Shown here one piece after another: positions 12,001-25,400 of a DNA stretch of 64,000 nucleotides (its first letter is position 1; every line of letters starts with the position of its first letter). Source of the DNA: Macrostomum hystrix (Eukaryota > Animalia > Platyhelminthes); NCBI GenBank assembly GCA_950097015.1, contig CATNEN010000038.1:23870001-23934000 (forward strand), read 5' to 3'. The notes beneath the pieces were generated by a model, which saw only the letters and a list, made by a program, of their open reading frames with translations, was not told the origin of the DNA and ran no database searches. The translations under genes and the position numbers were made by a program.

Positions 12001-14568
12001 GGGAGACAGGGAGAGGGAGACAGGGAGAGGGAGACAGAGAGAGGGAGACAGGGAGAGGGAGACAGAGAGAGGGAGACAGGGAGAGGGAGACAGAGAGAGG
12101 GAGACAGGGAGAGGGAGACAGAGAGAGGGAGACAAGGAGAGGGAGACAGAGAGAGGGAGACAGGGAGAGGGAGACAGGGAGAGGGAGACAGGGAGAGGGA
12201 GACAGGGAAAGGGAGACAGAGAGAGGGAGACAGGGAGAGGGAGACAGGGAGAGGGAGACAGAGAGAGGGAGACAGGGAGAGGGAGGCAGAGAGAGGGAGA
12301 CAGGGAGAGGGAGACAGAGAGAGGGAGACAGGGAGAGGGAGACAGGGAGAGGGACACAGAGAGAGGGAGACAGAGAGAGCGAGTTAAATATGTTTAGTTT
12401 TTGTGTGAGGATAGTCTGTGTTGCGGTATACTCGTAAAACATGTGCTCAAATTTAACTTATCGACTTATTGTCAATAACTTTCATCTGCTCTGACTTTAT
12501 CTTTTATTCCTTTGGGCTTTGAGTGGGCCTATTGGGGTCTATGAGAGGCACCTATAAAATAATTCTGGGAAAATTCCAAAGCCTATAGGCTGCTGGATAT
12601 GGTAATGGGAGTTCAGTGGGATGGAAAGAATTTTTTAATAACCCCGGGCTGCTCTAGCACAGATGTCAGTCAAATGATCTGAGCTCAAATCCTCCAAGAC
12701 GGCAAGAAAATTTCTTGAGCTTTTTGGATGAGTCATATACCTGTACTGGGGGGGGCCGAGTGGGGAGAAATGTCCAATTTTCCGGGGATTTTCTTTGCTA
12801 CAAAAGTGCCATATTTTTCCCCGAAGCAACTTCATCAATAAGAAAATCCATCTTAACCCAAAGCACCTGTGCCGGATTCCCACGCTATCCAAATTATTTC
12901 TTTGTGACCAATCAATCAACACTGCGTGTAACCTGCTACGCCATCGATAATTGATGATTGATTTGTTTACACCTGCGAGGACTTTGGATGCAGTTTTTTC
13001 AACCACAGATGCTGTCTCATGTTTCTTACCTGATCGTCCTTATCGGGACGGGACGTCTTTAGAATTTTACTAAAGTTAATCTTATCTTCCACATTAAAAT
13101 TAGTTCTTATCTGTCTCACCGCTTGTTACTCGTGTTATCTGCCCACCCCAATTAGTTCTTACTTGTCTCACCTCTTGTTACTCGTGTTATCTGCCCACCC
13201 TAATTAGTTCTTACTTGTCTCACCTCTTATTACTCGTGTTATCTGCCCACCCTAATTAGTTCTTACTTGTCTCACCTCTTGTTACTCGTGTTATCTGCCC
13301 ACCCTAATTAGTTCTTACTTGTCTCACCTCTTATTACTCGTGTTATCTGCCCACCCTAATTAGTTCTTACTTGTCTCACCTCTTGTAACTCGTGTTATCT
13401 ACCCACCCTAATTAGTTCTTACCTGTCTCATCTCTTGTAACTCGTGTTATCTGCCTACCCTAATTAGCTCTTATCTTTCTCAAAATAGCTAGCTCTTATC
13501 TTTCTCACGTTTAACTCATATTCAATAGCTCTAATAATTTCAGCTGTTTTACCAATCTTCCTGCATTTTCAGCTGCATTCGACTGCTAAAAGTATCCGTT
13601 AAAACTGAAAAAAAAAATTTCAGACCAGTTGAAAGTCCTCAGTCAATAGCGGCAATTAATTGGGCAGCAGATTTGCAGCAGCAGATGCGTCAGCATCAGC
13701 ACCAGCACCAGCACCAGCACCAGCACCAGCACCAGCACCAACACCAACACCAGCAGCCACCGATTCTACCCAGAAAGCCACGTAGAAGTGCTATAGGTGC
13801 AATTTCTTCAAACAGGCAGCAGCAGCAGCAAATGTCAGAGTGCCTTGCTTTGCGAGTACAACCATCGGAAAAGACTGAGGAGGTACATTGCTTGCCAAGA
13901 CCACCTAAAAGGTTAGAGAACCTAAATTTAAAGCTCTTATCATGCTACTCGTAAGTAGGATAATTACGTATATCGCTACTATAATTTGCAGAGTCGAATC
14001 AATGCCTCCCGGATCGGCAGTCGGCTGCAACAGAAGTGAGATAATTTATACGCAGGTTTTTTATTCTATCAAATATATTTGACAAACGGATTCTATCAAA
14101 TTGAATTTCGAAAACTGTTTGCAGCATTCGTTCTGCCACTAAAAGATCAGAGGCATATGCATCAACCTATGCAGCAGCAGCAGCAGCAGCAGCAGCCACC
14201 GCTTCCTCACCCTTGTCACAGAGCTCAAGCGATTGTATCGCCGTACAATGCCGTTATAGAAAATGTGAGTCCTTGAGCTCTACCTATAATAATTTTTCGC
14301 GCATTCTCACTCATTGTACACCACACACACACACACACAGAGTCCTGACAGACCCGGAGCAAGTCATCTGCCGCAACACCCATGGCAGCATCATCAACAA
14401 CCTTCAAATTCGAAGGTAACCGCCATAGTCTATGGCCAAACCAGCCAGCATCACAGCGACGACAATGATGACGATGAAAACTTTGTAGACGAAGATGACC
14501 AGACGCGCTACTCGCCAGTGGACACAATAATTATTAAGTCGAAGCGCAACGACAGAAGAAATTTATGA
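30..14568 (+). CDS. KIAA1549/UPF0606 (DUF3827)-like single-pass membrane protein, 5'-truncated by the window. Phase-consistent exons: 30-243, 362-533, 1088-1305, 4193-4419, 5195-5316; then ~10516-10585, ~11621-11705, 13624-13911/13950, ~13992-14035, ~14125-14265, 14341-14568. Linkage across 5317-10515 is unresolved (candidate exon 6505-6632).
   Basis: Spliced translation gives SVDACSWRNDMEARL...GRRRRKRAVSSGTVQVQLVSAERV...VRLVYY...PILLGYPV...LWIIGLVVGVLSGIIIIVWAVLL (basic cleavage-like site, then a TM helix), later EMERQRNKERLRSR, and a Q/H/P-rich tail. From memory this resembles the KIAA1549 family; no search was run. Confidence 0.55.
598..990 (-). mobile_element. SINE family A fragments (~598-668, 693-882, 934-990)
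   Basis: Reverse-complement matches to the body hairpins and head. Confidence 0.75.
2845..3455. repeat. 16-bp minisatellite (GAGACACGGGAGAGAT)n
   Basis: Direct inspection; same unit at 16597 and 33028. Confidence 0.95.
3500..3852 (-). mobile_element. SINE family A copy, near full length
   Basis: Reverse complement matches head, body and (ATT)n tail. Confidence 0.85.
4505..5117. repeat. 20-bp minisatellite (GGGATCTAGACTGTATGAAT)n, ~30 near-identical copies
   Basis: Direct inspection. Confidence 0.97.
5350..6240. repeat. G-rich ~25-bp minisatellite (GGGTAGGGTTTAGGGGAAGAATGGT)n
   Basis: Direct inspection. Confidence 0.93.
6740..7430. repeat. 22-bp minisatellite (CTAGTTTCCATCTTGTTTACTT)n
   Basis: Direct inspection. 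Confidence 0.92.
7521..8109. repeat. 11-bp minisatellite (AGTCTAGTTTT)n
   Basis: Direct inspection. Confidence 0.96.
8520..9690. repeat. 15-bp purine minisatellite (GAGATGGAGAGATGA)n
   Basis: Direct inspection. Confidence 0.95.
10970..11200. repeat. 41-bp tandem repeat (GATGGGATTCTCCATTAGAAATGACCTTGACTCACGTAGAC), 5-6 copies with diverged flanks
   Basis: Direct inspection. Confidence 0.9.
11750..12378. repeat. 14-bp minisatellite (GGGAGAGGGAGACA)n
   Basis: Direct inspection. Confidence 0.95.
13095..13480. repeat. 52-bp tandem repeat, ~7 copies
   Basis: Unit TAATTAGTTCTTACTTGTCTCACCTCTTRTTACTCGTGTTATCTGCCCACCC. Confidence 0.92.
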
Positions 14569-15367
14569 GTAGAATTTTTAAGGCGAAAAATCTATCGTCT
14601 TTTATGTACACGCACAATGTACATGCACGCCGCTATAGTTTTTGAGAATGCGTGCGTGGGAGGCTTTAGTTGTTGCTATTTTTAGAATTTTTAGATCGCG
14701 CAACCAATTAAATTTCGACGGCGTGAGGTGGGGTAATTATTTTCGGGGTAGAGCTGTGGCATTGACTGCGAAGTACATTAGGCAGTGTACATAAAATACT
14801 TTCGTTTGAATCCTAGTCTAGAAACGATTTTTTATCTTTGCTCCATTATATGATACAATTTTTACTCATTTTGGTTTAAATAACATGTTGTGCAGGACCG
14901 CGAAAAGGCAGGCCCTCTGAATTGCTCAGCTTTTTGCTTCTTTTAATTTTTCCTCGAATTTAAAGTGGTGGACGGACAGACAGACTCAGATGGACAAATT
15001 ATATATATTTTTTTATTGCTTTGTCTTGCTTGCTTTCTTTTGAGTTCAAATTTGATGCACTTTTTGGTAATTCAAATGCAAATAATTTTATTTACCATGA
15101 CAGTTGTACTCCAGAAGGCTTTGGTAATAATTTATGAGCTAAATTATGTATACTTTTTCTACTGCAGAAATATTTTATTTTCTTTAAATATAGCCACTCT
15201 AGTTTGAAAAAATAACTAACTTAAGTCAGAGCTTCAAGCCTGTTAAATCAGCATTTAATTACTAATAATTGGCAGAAAAATAGCTATTTTTTCATCTTTT
15301 AAATAGTTCGAAACTGGTTCACAGTGGTATTTCACAAAACTTGTTTATTTACTTATATCATTTCTAT

Positions 15368-16180
15368 CCCCTCTCCCATCTGTCTCCCCTCTCCCATCTC
15401 TCCCCTCTCACATCTCTCCCCTCTCCCATCTCTCCCCTCTCTCATCTCTCCCCTCTCTCATCTCTCCCCTCTCCCATCTCTCTCCTCTCCCATCTCTCCC
15501 CTCTCCCATCTTTCTCCCCTGTCCATCTATCTCCCCTCTCCCATCTCTCTCCTCTCTCATCTCTCCCCTCTCCCATCTTTCTCCCCTGTCCATCTCTCTC
15601 CCCTCTCCTATCTCTCTCCTCTCCCATCTCTCCCCTCTCTCATCTCTCCCCTCTCCTATCTGTCTCCCCTCTCCCATCTTTCTCCCCCTGTCCATCTATC
15701 TCCCCTCTCCCATCTCTCTCCTCTCTCATCTCTCCCCTCTCACATCTGTCTCCCCTCTCCCATCTCTCTCCTCTCCCATCTCTCCCCTCTCACATCTTTC
15801 TCCCCTGTCCATCTCTCTCCCCTCTTCTATCTCTCTCCTCTCCCATCTCTCCCCTCTCGCATCTCTCCCCTCTCCCATCTTTCTCCCCTGTCCATCTCTC
15901 TCCCCTCTCCCATCTCTCTCCTCTCCCATCTCTCCCCTCTCTCATCTCTCCCCTCTCCCATCTCTCCCCTCTCTCATCTCTCCCCTCTCACATCTCTCCC
16001 CTCTCCCATCTCTCCCCTCTCCCATCTCTCCCCTCTCCCATCTCTCCCCTCTCACATCTCTCCCCTCTCACATCTATCCCCTCTCCCCTCTCACATCTGT
16101 CCCCTCTAACATCTGTCTCCTCTCTCCCGACTCTCTCCTCTCACCCGTCTCTCTCCTCTCACCCGTCTCTCTCCTCTCTT
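15368..16180. repeat. Pyrimidine ~16-bp minisatellite (CCCCTCTCCCATCTCT)n between convergent gene ends
   Basis: Direct inspection. Confidence 0.93.
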
Positions 16181-16402
16181 CCCAATCCTAAATCTTTCCT
16201 CTACGACATTAGAAAATGTAGTTTCTAATTTGCAGAATCTGTAAAAGTTTTTCTAATAACAGCATAATTTGATTACTTATATATATTTACGCATTAAAAA
16301 AGCAAGTCATATTTTGTGACACATTAGCACGGTACAATATCAGAAAGTTGAAGATAATCAATAAATAGTACCTAATATTTTTTATGTACACTTATAAAGA
16401 CG

Positions 16403-19400
16403 TCAAATCTTGTTAAGAATTTCTTGCTCCGATCTGTGACTGAGATTCTTCAAATCTATCGCACTGCTGTCATCGTACAGTGTCGGCGCTTGCAGTATAA
16501 CTCCCAGAGTACCTGTGCAATGGGCAGATTTGGTTTCATAGGGACGGGATCAATTTCATTTAGTGAGAGGATAGACTCTCGTTCTATATTCTCGTAGGAG
16601 ATGAGACACGGGAGAGATGAGACACGGGAGAGATGAGACACGGGAGAGATGAGACACGGGAGAGATGAGACACGGGAGAGATGAGACACGGGAGAGATGA
16701 GACACGGGAGAGATGAGACACGGGAGTGATGAGACACGGGAGAGATGAGACACGGGAGAGATGAGACACGGGAGAGATGAGACACCAGAGAGATGAGACA
16801 CAGGAGAGATGAGGCAGGGTAGGGATGAGACACGGGAGAGATGAGACACGGGAGAGATGAGACACCAGAGAGATGAGACACCAGAGAGATGAGACACGGG
16901 AGAGATGAGACACCAGAGAGATGAGACACAGGAGAGATGAGGCAGGGTAGGGATGAGACACGGGAGAGATGAGACACGGGAGAGATGAGACACGGGAGAG
17001 ATGAGACAGGCGAGAGATGAGACACGGGAGAGATGAGACACGGGAGAGATGAGGCAGGGTAGAGATGAGACATGGGAGAGATTAGACACGGGAGAGATGA
17101 GGCATGGGAGAGATGAGACGCGGGAGAGATGAGATGCGGAGGATATATTAGACATTAGACATGAGAGTCAATGGGTCCAAAAGTCCATACCTGCCAATCG
17201 CAGAATTCGCGGTCCAGTTTTCAAGCCAGCCAGAACTTACCTAGAACGCAGGCAATCGAGAAAATCCAGAGGAACATTCGATCCAGCACGAGCGCCACAA
17301 ATTTCCAATCGTCTCGAATCTAAAGAAAAATAATTTTATAAGCGACAAGTAGACTTCATGACTCTACTTACAGTAGAAATAAGAGCATATTCACAAAGTA
17401 AAAATTGGAATTTCTAAGAAATAGCGACACAACACGGCCTTTGCCAGCCAATAAAATTTAGACGCGGAGAAGGTTTCGTGTGGTAAGAAAATGTTGCGTA
17501 TCAACCTTGAAATTCGATTGGCTCGAGATAAGATTGGTTTTTAGCTAAAATAGTTTTTTACCCACAAAAATTTCCAAAAATAGCAGCACAACACAACCCT
17601 AAGCCAGCCAAAAAAATTTAGATGGGTGGGTCATGAAATCGACCTTGAAATGTGATTGGCTGTGATAATTCGCAACGGGAATAAGTTGAGACTGACTAAA
17701 TTGGGATTTTCCTTTATTAGTATAACAAATTGGGCTTACACTTTTCTCTTCGTCTTCGCGTTTTAAATGTCTCGCAATGAATTCAACTCCGTACAGAGCG
17801 TATCTTAGATCGCGCCGAAGACCTGGATCTGACAGTTCGGTGTCGCTTTGGTTGTGATCGGTCTGGGCTGACTGAGCGTGCACCAGTAGCACTTCTAGAT
17901 CGCGAGCCACCTGACGTTGTTGGCGACTTGTCTGATGAGAAGAACTCGACTGCTGGTGCTGCTGAATCGACTCCGCTTTGATTGGGGTGGCCTTCTAGAA
18001 GCAAATATTGCAGAGTTCGACGTTAGAATACGCGAGAGATCAATCTTGTCTAACAGTGAAAACTTTTTTTATCCAACAGGTTAGATCTTTCTTGTCTAAC
18101 AGGTAAACACCATCCTGTCTAACAGGTGAACACTACAATGTCTTATCCGTGTCAAACAGGTGAACATCCGTGTCTAACAGGTAAACACCCGTGTCTAACA
18201 GGTGAAAAATAGTTGAAGATCCATGTCTAACAGGTGAACATCAGGTGAACATCCGTGTCTAACAGGTAAAACTCCGTGTCTAACAGGTGAACATCCGTGT
18301 CTAACAGGTAAACACCCGTGTCTAACAGGTGAAAAACAGGTGAAGATCCATGTCTAACAGGTGAACATCAGGTGAACATCCGTGTCTAACAGGTAAACAT
18401 CAGGTGAACATCCGTGTCTAACAGGTGAACATGAGGTGAACATCCGTGTCTAATAGATGAACACCCGTATTTAACAGGTGAACATCCGTGTCTAACAGGT
18501 GAACATCAGGTGAACATCCGTGTCTAACAGGTGAACATCAGGTGAACATCCGTGTCTAATAGGTGAACACCCGTATCTAACAGGTGAACATCCGTGTTTA
18601 ACAGGTAAAAACCCGTGTCTAGCAGGTGAACAACAGGTGAACATTCGTGTCTAACAGGTGAACATTCGTGTCTCACAGGTGAACATTCGTGTCTAAGAGG
18701 TGAACATTTGTGTCTAACATCATCCCATCGTTAACTCACAGCCGGCGCTGATCCCGGATGTGGCGGCATCAGCAGCAGCGCAGGCAAAGATTCCAGAAAC
18801 AGTCGCCGCACCCAGGGTGCCATCTGGTGCGTTGCCGGGCCCCGGAAATGCACATTTAGCACAACCACGGTGACCACAATTGATAGCGTGACTAGGACCA
18901 TTGTGAACAGCAGATACTTGCCAATCAGGGGCACCACGAGAGAAGTCGGCGGTATTGTCTCAGCCAGTAGTAAGAAAAATACAGTCAGGGCAAGTAAAAT
19001 TGAGATGCACAAAGTGATTTTTTCGCCGCTATCCGACGGCAGGTAGAAAACCATCACCGTCAGGAAGCTGATGGCTACGCACGGAATGATCAGGTTCACG
19101 GTGTAGAATAGAGTCTTGCGACGTAGCACAATGGCAAAGGTGATGTCAGGATAGGGCTCGGGACAGCAGGGATAGAGCTTCTCGTTTCTCTGAGCGGGCA
19201 CCTGGAGTACGTCCCACTCGGTCGACTCGTAGAAAGTTTCTAAATCGATGCCAAATTCAACCTCGGGCTTGCTGCTGTTTGCCTGCTGAATGTGGCGCAG
19301 GTCCACCTGCAATCATGTGCGTTTTTAGGCGCTTTAGTGCCTTGGGCATTGAGTGAGTTGGGTCTTTGGAGTGGGGTGGTTGTTTGGAGTGGGGTGGGTG

Positions 19401-22400
19401 TTTGGAGTGGGGTGGGTGTTTGAAGTGGGGTGGGTGTTTGGAATGGGGTGGGTGTTTTGAGTGGGGCGTGTGTTTGGAGTGAGGTGGATGTTTGGAGTGA
19501 GTTAAGCGTGTGGAGTGAGGTGGGTGTTTAGACTAAGTTTGATTTTGGAATGGGGTAGGTGTTAAGCGAGGATATCATCAAACCTGCAGTCCATCATAGG
19601 TCCAGCTGCCAAACTTCATAGTGCATTTCTGGCTGTCGAACGGAAAGAATTCTACATCGATCTGGCAGGAGGACTTATAAATTGCCGGCGGCTCCCAAAG
19701 TACTTTTCCGGTGCTTTGAAGAGCCGCTTTAGTCATTAGGGTTACCTCATAGTTGCCATCCGCGCTGTAAATTAAAAATGTGTCAAGTGCAGTATTACCT
19801 ATTTGACTGGTATTATTTCACAACTAGCAATGCGAATTTTGTTTCAATATTGATAAATTAACAGTTTAAAATGGAGCATCATGGAAAAAGCAGTAAGGTG
19901 GATGATAAAGTGAGTTGGGTGCTTTGGAGTGAGGTGGGTGCTAAGGAGTGAGGTGGGTGCTAAGGAGTGAGGTGGGTGCTAAGGAGTGAGGTGGGTGCTA
20001 AGGAGTGAGGTGGGTGCTAAGGAGTGAGGTGTGTGCTAAGGAGTGAGGTGGTGCTAAGGAGTGAGGTGGTGCTAAGGAGTGAGGTGGGTGCTAAGGATTG
20101 AGGTAGACGCTTTGGAGTGATGTGGGTGTTAGTGTGTCACTGAAGATTGGTCCATATTGTAAACTATGACACAGACTAGTGCATTGGGGGTTCGAAACCC
20201 GGTTTTAATAAAGAATATTTAATATTTAATATTTAATATTTATAAAGAATAGTAAAACCTTCTTTGTAAATTCAAGCGTACAGATTAGAGACGTACGTCT
20301 ACAAAAAGCTATTAAACTTTTACTTTTATAATCTGAAAAAAACATTTACCACAATATTTAAAAGCACAGGGCGAAATCATGTCAAAAATTTCTTCTTTTC
20401 GCAACATATCGGCCAATTAAAAAAATCGAGACAGTTAATCTTATTCACTTGTTGTAAAGCACAATATCCGGCAGCCAGATATCCTCAGATGGGATGTAGA
20501 GCGTGCTCACGCCATGATAAGTGTCCGGATCCCAAGTCAACTTGCTGTCGTACCAGACCTGAAAATACCATGAGCAGGATATGAATCCTTTGCGTAAGCT
20601 GATATTTGAGCACAAATTAATGGCCTCACCTCACGCAGCCAAACATTTGTAGTCATGATCTGATTCTTTTCGTCCTGTTGGCAGAAATGAAGCAATAAAA
20701 TTAGCTAAAGGTTACAGCAATCTGACTGGAATCTACAGTAATCTGACAGGAATTTACGGTAATCTGACTGGAATCTACAGTAATCTGATAGGAATTTACG
20801 GTAATCTGACTGGAATCTACAGTAATCTGACAGGAATCTACAGTAATCTGACTGGAATCTACAGTAATCTGACAGGAAATTCCAGTAACCTGACTGGAAT
20901 CTACAGTAATCTGACAGGAATCTACAGCAATCTGAGTCGAATCTACAGTAATCTGACTGGAATCTACAGTAACCTGACTGGAATCTACAGTAATCTGACA
21001 GGAATGTACAGAAATCTGACAGACATTTAGGGCAATCAAACAGACCGCTACAGCAATGCAGCAGAAGTATACAGCAACCTCACAAAAAATATGTTTTTAC
21101 TCATATTAAAAAGGTGTCTCGAATTTCTTGTAACGTGCAAAAGCAAATATTTGATCGTGTTAGAAATTTGTTTAAAACGGGCAGCCTAAACCCGTAAGCC
21201 TGGTAGATTTGCGTGTGTCAGCGGAAAAGCTTGCAACCCAAACGAAAGTGCGGTCGATAAATACAATCAACTCCATGAGGTCAGGAGGTGTCAGAGGCTG
21301 GTGAGGGGTGTGAAACAGTCTCTCACGGGAAAAGTGGAGTTAGTTTTACTACTAAATTCCTAAATCCCACTTTAAGTAGGAATCTAAAAAAGCTTCAAAG
21401 GTCCTGAGTTCGAACCCGCAGACAGAAAAACGATGGTCTCTCAATTTGACGAAAGACTAACGACTTATAGGTCGGGGGTTCGATTCCCGACTCCATTGGA
21501 ACAATTTGTGTCCTTTACCAAGACACCTAACTCTGCATTGCTTCAGTTCACCCAGCTGTTAGCTGCAATAGCTGCGGCTGTGCTGTCGGCTGCACATCTG
21601 GCCCAATTGTGACATTGACAAAGTATTATTATTATCAATTTCAGCATCAGAAGGCTGCGTACGGCCAGTCCAGTCCATGGACTGGATGCGAGCCGTCATC
21701 CATTTAATAATAATAGATGATTGAGCTACTTGCTAAAGAAAATAGCGTTTATGATAAAGCATTTTTCAAACACACATTTCTGCATGTACACTTGCTTAAC
21801 GATGCACAGCCATGTTCTTGTACAGGCTTGGCTGCATCAATGATTATGAGTAACAACCAGAGACCAGATATAGAGAGATAGGAGAAGGAGAGAAGGGGAA
21901 AGAACAGAATGAGGCAAATTGATCTTTCTCCCGATTGCAGAAGCTCAGGCTATGCAGGACACACACACATATAAGGCCGCGCGGTGCCCCAGTTTCACCA
22001 TATCCAAATGACCCCAGTAGCCAATTGATATTTCGGGGGCAGGGGGGGAGAGTTAGGGTGGGATGTTGGGAACAGGGATATGAAGCAGTCATCGAGCGGT
22101 TTCCCCCCCGCGGGCACTGCACACACGCAGGCATATTCCTCTAGCGGCCTCCAGGCAGCGTGTCTTGAAGCTCTTTCACGGATTAAGAGAGCTTTCCTGT
22201 CCGGCGCGCGCGTCTGTCTGAAGTTGCTGATTTGCACGCTGGGGTGTCCACTCGAGCAGTCCGCGCCGCGTTCAAGGGTCAACTTCCACCAGCAAAAGCG
22301 CCAGTCCCGGCGCCAACCCACCCGCCCCCTGGCCGGGCCACTCACCACGTCAATCAGTTGGGAGAGCTTGAGCCCTAGGTAGACGGTGAGGCTCTTGGAG

Positions 22401-25400
22401 CTGTTGCTAACCGGCCGGATGAGTTTGTTGTACTCAGTTCTGCCCAGGAGGTCGTCGTATAGCCGCTTAGCATCGGGATTCGATCGACAAGGCTCTGGTC
22501 GAGTGGCCACTGCGGAGTTTTTGGGGGTGGATGTGGTCGTGGGTCGTCATGGATTTTTTTCTCTAGCGAAAATAACTTCCAGTGGTCGGGGGCGTGAGGG
22601 CGCAGTGGCGGGGTCACGATTAATCAAGCGAGAACAACAAGCTGCATGGAGTTCGCCTGTGCGGTCAGAGTGAGCGATTAGATGAGTACTAGTTGAGAAC
22701 CAGGCTTGGGTGACTTAAAAAAGTTTTAATTCGTTAAAAGCGCGACAGAAAAAGGCCACAGCAGAGTAAAAAGCCCATTTTATAAGTTGAAGAATGTGGC
22801 AGCGGCCCAGGTGTCACAAAACTGTTAGAAAAGAAAAGCGATTATTTGTTAAAGAAGCTATTTAGTTGCTAGAGGAGCGTTTGAGTCGTTAGAGAAGCTT
22901 TTGAGTCGTTAGAGATAGGTTTGAGTCGTTAGAGATAGGTTTGAGTCGTTAGAGATAAGCTTGAGCAGTTAGAAAAGTGTTTGAGTCGTTAGAGAAGCTT
23001 TTGAGTCGTTAGAGATATAGGTTGGAGTCGTCAGGGATAGGTTTGAGTCGTTAGAGATAAGTTTGAGTAGTTAGAAAGCGTTTGAGTCGTTAGAGAAGCT
23101 TTTGAGTCGTTAGAAACATAGGTTTGAGTCGTTAGAGATAAGCTTGAGCAGTTAGAAAAGCGTTTAAGTCGTTTGAGAAGCTTTTGAGTCGTTAGAGACA
23201 TAGGTTTGAGTCGTTAGAGATAAGCTTGGGCAGTTAGAAAAGCGTTTGAGTCGTTTGAGAAGCTTTTGAGTCGTTAGAGATAGGTTTGAGTCGTTAGAGA
23301 TAAGCTTGAGCAGTTAGAAAAGCGTTTGAGTCGTTTGAGAAGCTTTTGAGTCGTTAGAGATAGGTTTGAGTCGTTAGAGATAAGCTTGAGCAGTTAGAAA
23401 AGCGTTTGAGTCGTTTGAGAAGCGTTTGAGTCGTTAGAGAAGCTTTTGAGTCGTTAGAGATAAGCTTGAGCAGTTAGAAAAGCGTTTAAGTCGTTTGAGA
23501 AGCTTTTGAGTCGTTAGAGACATAGGTTTGAGTCGTTAGAGATAAGCTTGGGCAGTTAGAAAAGCGTTTGAGTCGTTTGAGAAGCTTTTGAGTCGTTAGA
23601 GATAGGTTTGAGTCGTTAGAGATAAGCTTGAGCAGTTAGAAAAGCGTTTGAGTCGTTTGAGAAGCGTTTGAGTCGTTAGAGAAGCTTTTGAGTCGTTAGA
23701 GATAAGCTTGAGCAGTTAGAAAAGCGTTTGAGTCGTTTGAGAAGCTTTTGAGTCGTTAGAGATAGGTTTGAGTCGTTAGAGATAGGTTTGGGTCGTTAGA
23801 GATAGCTTTGAGTCGTTAGATAAGCGTTTGAGTCGTTAGAGAAGCTTTTGAGTCGTTTGATAAATGTTTGAGCTGTTAGAGATGCTTTAGAGAAGCGTTT
23901 AAATTATGATTGCCAGTTCCTAAATTTAAGTAGAAGAAAATCACGATTTCGATAATAGCTGCGCATTAATCTTCATGGATGAGTAATGATGAGCGATTAG
24001 CAACGCATCACTAAGCATCACGGCCTGGAAAATCGGGGTGTTGGGAAGCTGACTGTAACACGAATTTATTTAGGAAATTTCTGAATATTGTTGCATAGCA
24101 AACATATTTTGCCACACATCATCAGTCCCGCTTGCTTTGGTTGAGATAATACATTTAATGATCATTTGTGTCTCAGATGCAGCATTAGAGCTTTTTCCTT
24201 TGTTTTCGAAGCTGCAGAAATACTGGACTGTATTTCTAGATGAGATATCCAAAGATCTCTTGGGATTCTAGATGGGATATCCAAAGATCTCTTGGGATTC
24301 TAGATGGGATATCCAAAGATCTCTTGGGATTCTAGATGGGATATCCAAAGATCTCTTGGGATTCTAGATGAGATATCCAAAGATCTCTTGGGATTCTAGA
24401 TGGGATATCCAAAGATCTCTTGGGATTCTAGATGAGATATCCAAAGATCTCTTGGGATTCTAGATGGGATATCCAAAGATCTCTTGGGATTCTAGATGGG
24501 ATATCCAAAGATCTTGGGATTCTAGATGGGATATCCATAGATCTTGGGATTCTAGATGGGATCTACAAAGATCTTTGGATTCTAGATGAGATATCCAAAG
24601 ATCTCTTGGGATTCTAGATGGGATATCCAAAGATCTTGGGATTCTAGATGGGATCTACAAAGATCTCTTGGGATTCTAGATGGGATATCCAAAGATCTTG
24701 GGATTCTAGATGAGATATCCATAGATCTTGGGATTCTAGATGGGATATCCAAAGATCTTGGGATTCTAGATGAGATATCCAAAGATCTTGGGATTCTAGA
24801 TGGGATATCCATAGATCTTGGGATTCTAGATGGGATATCCAAAGATCTTGGGATTCTAGATGGGATCTACAAAGATCTTTGGATTCTAGATGAGATATCC
24901 AAAGATCTCTTGGGACTCTAGATGGGATATCCAAAGATCTCTTGGGATTCTAGATGGGATCTACAAAGATCTTTGGATTCTAGATGAGATATCCAAAGAT
25001 CTCTTGGGATTCTAGATGGGATCTACAAAGATCTTTGGATTCTAGATGAGATATCCAAAGATCTCTTGGGATTCTAGATGGGATATCCAAAGATCTCTTG
25101 GGATTCTAGATGGGATATCCAAAGATCTCTTGGGATTCTAGATGGGATATCCATAGATCTTTGGATTCTATATGAGATATCCAAAGATCTCTTGGGATTC
25201 TAGATGGGATATCCAAAGATCTTGGGATTCTAGATGGGATCTACAAAGATCTTTGGATTCTAGATGAGATATCCAAAGATCTCTTGGGATTCTAGATGGG
25301 ATATCCAAAGATCTTTGGATTCTAGATGGGATATCCAAAGATCTCTTGGGATTCTAGATGGGATATCCAAAGATCTCTTGGGATTCTAGATTGGATATCC

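Noticed and set aside
12635-13006. Possible coding or transposase remnant
   Set aside because: No recognisable motif in the frames I read.
17190-17240. Alternative downstream donor extending nAChR exon 8
   Set aside because: The extension hits an in-frame TGA within seven codons.
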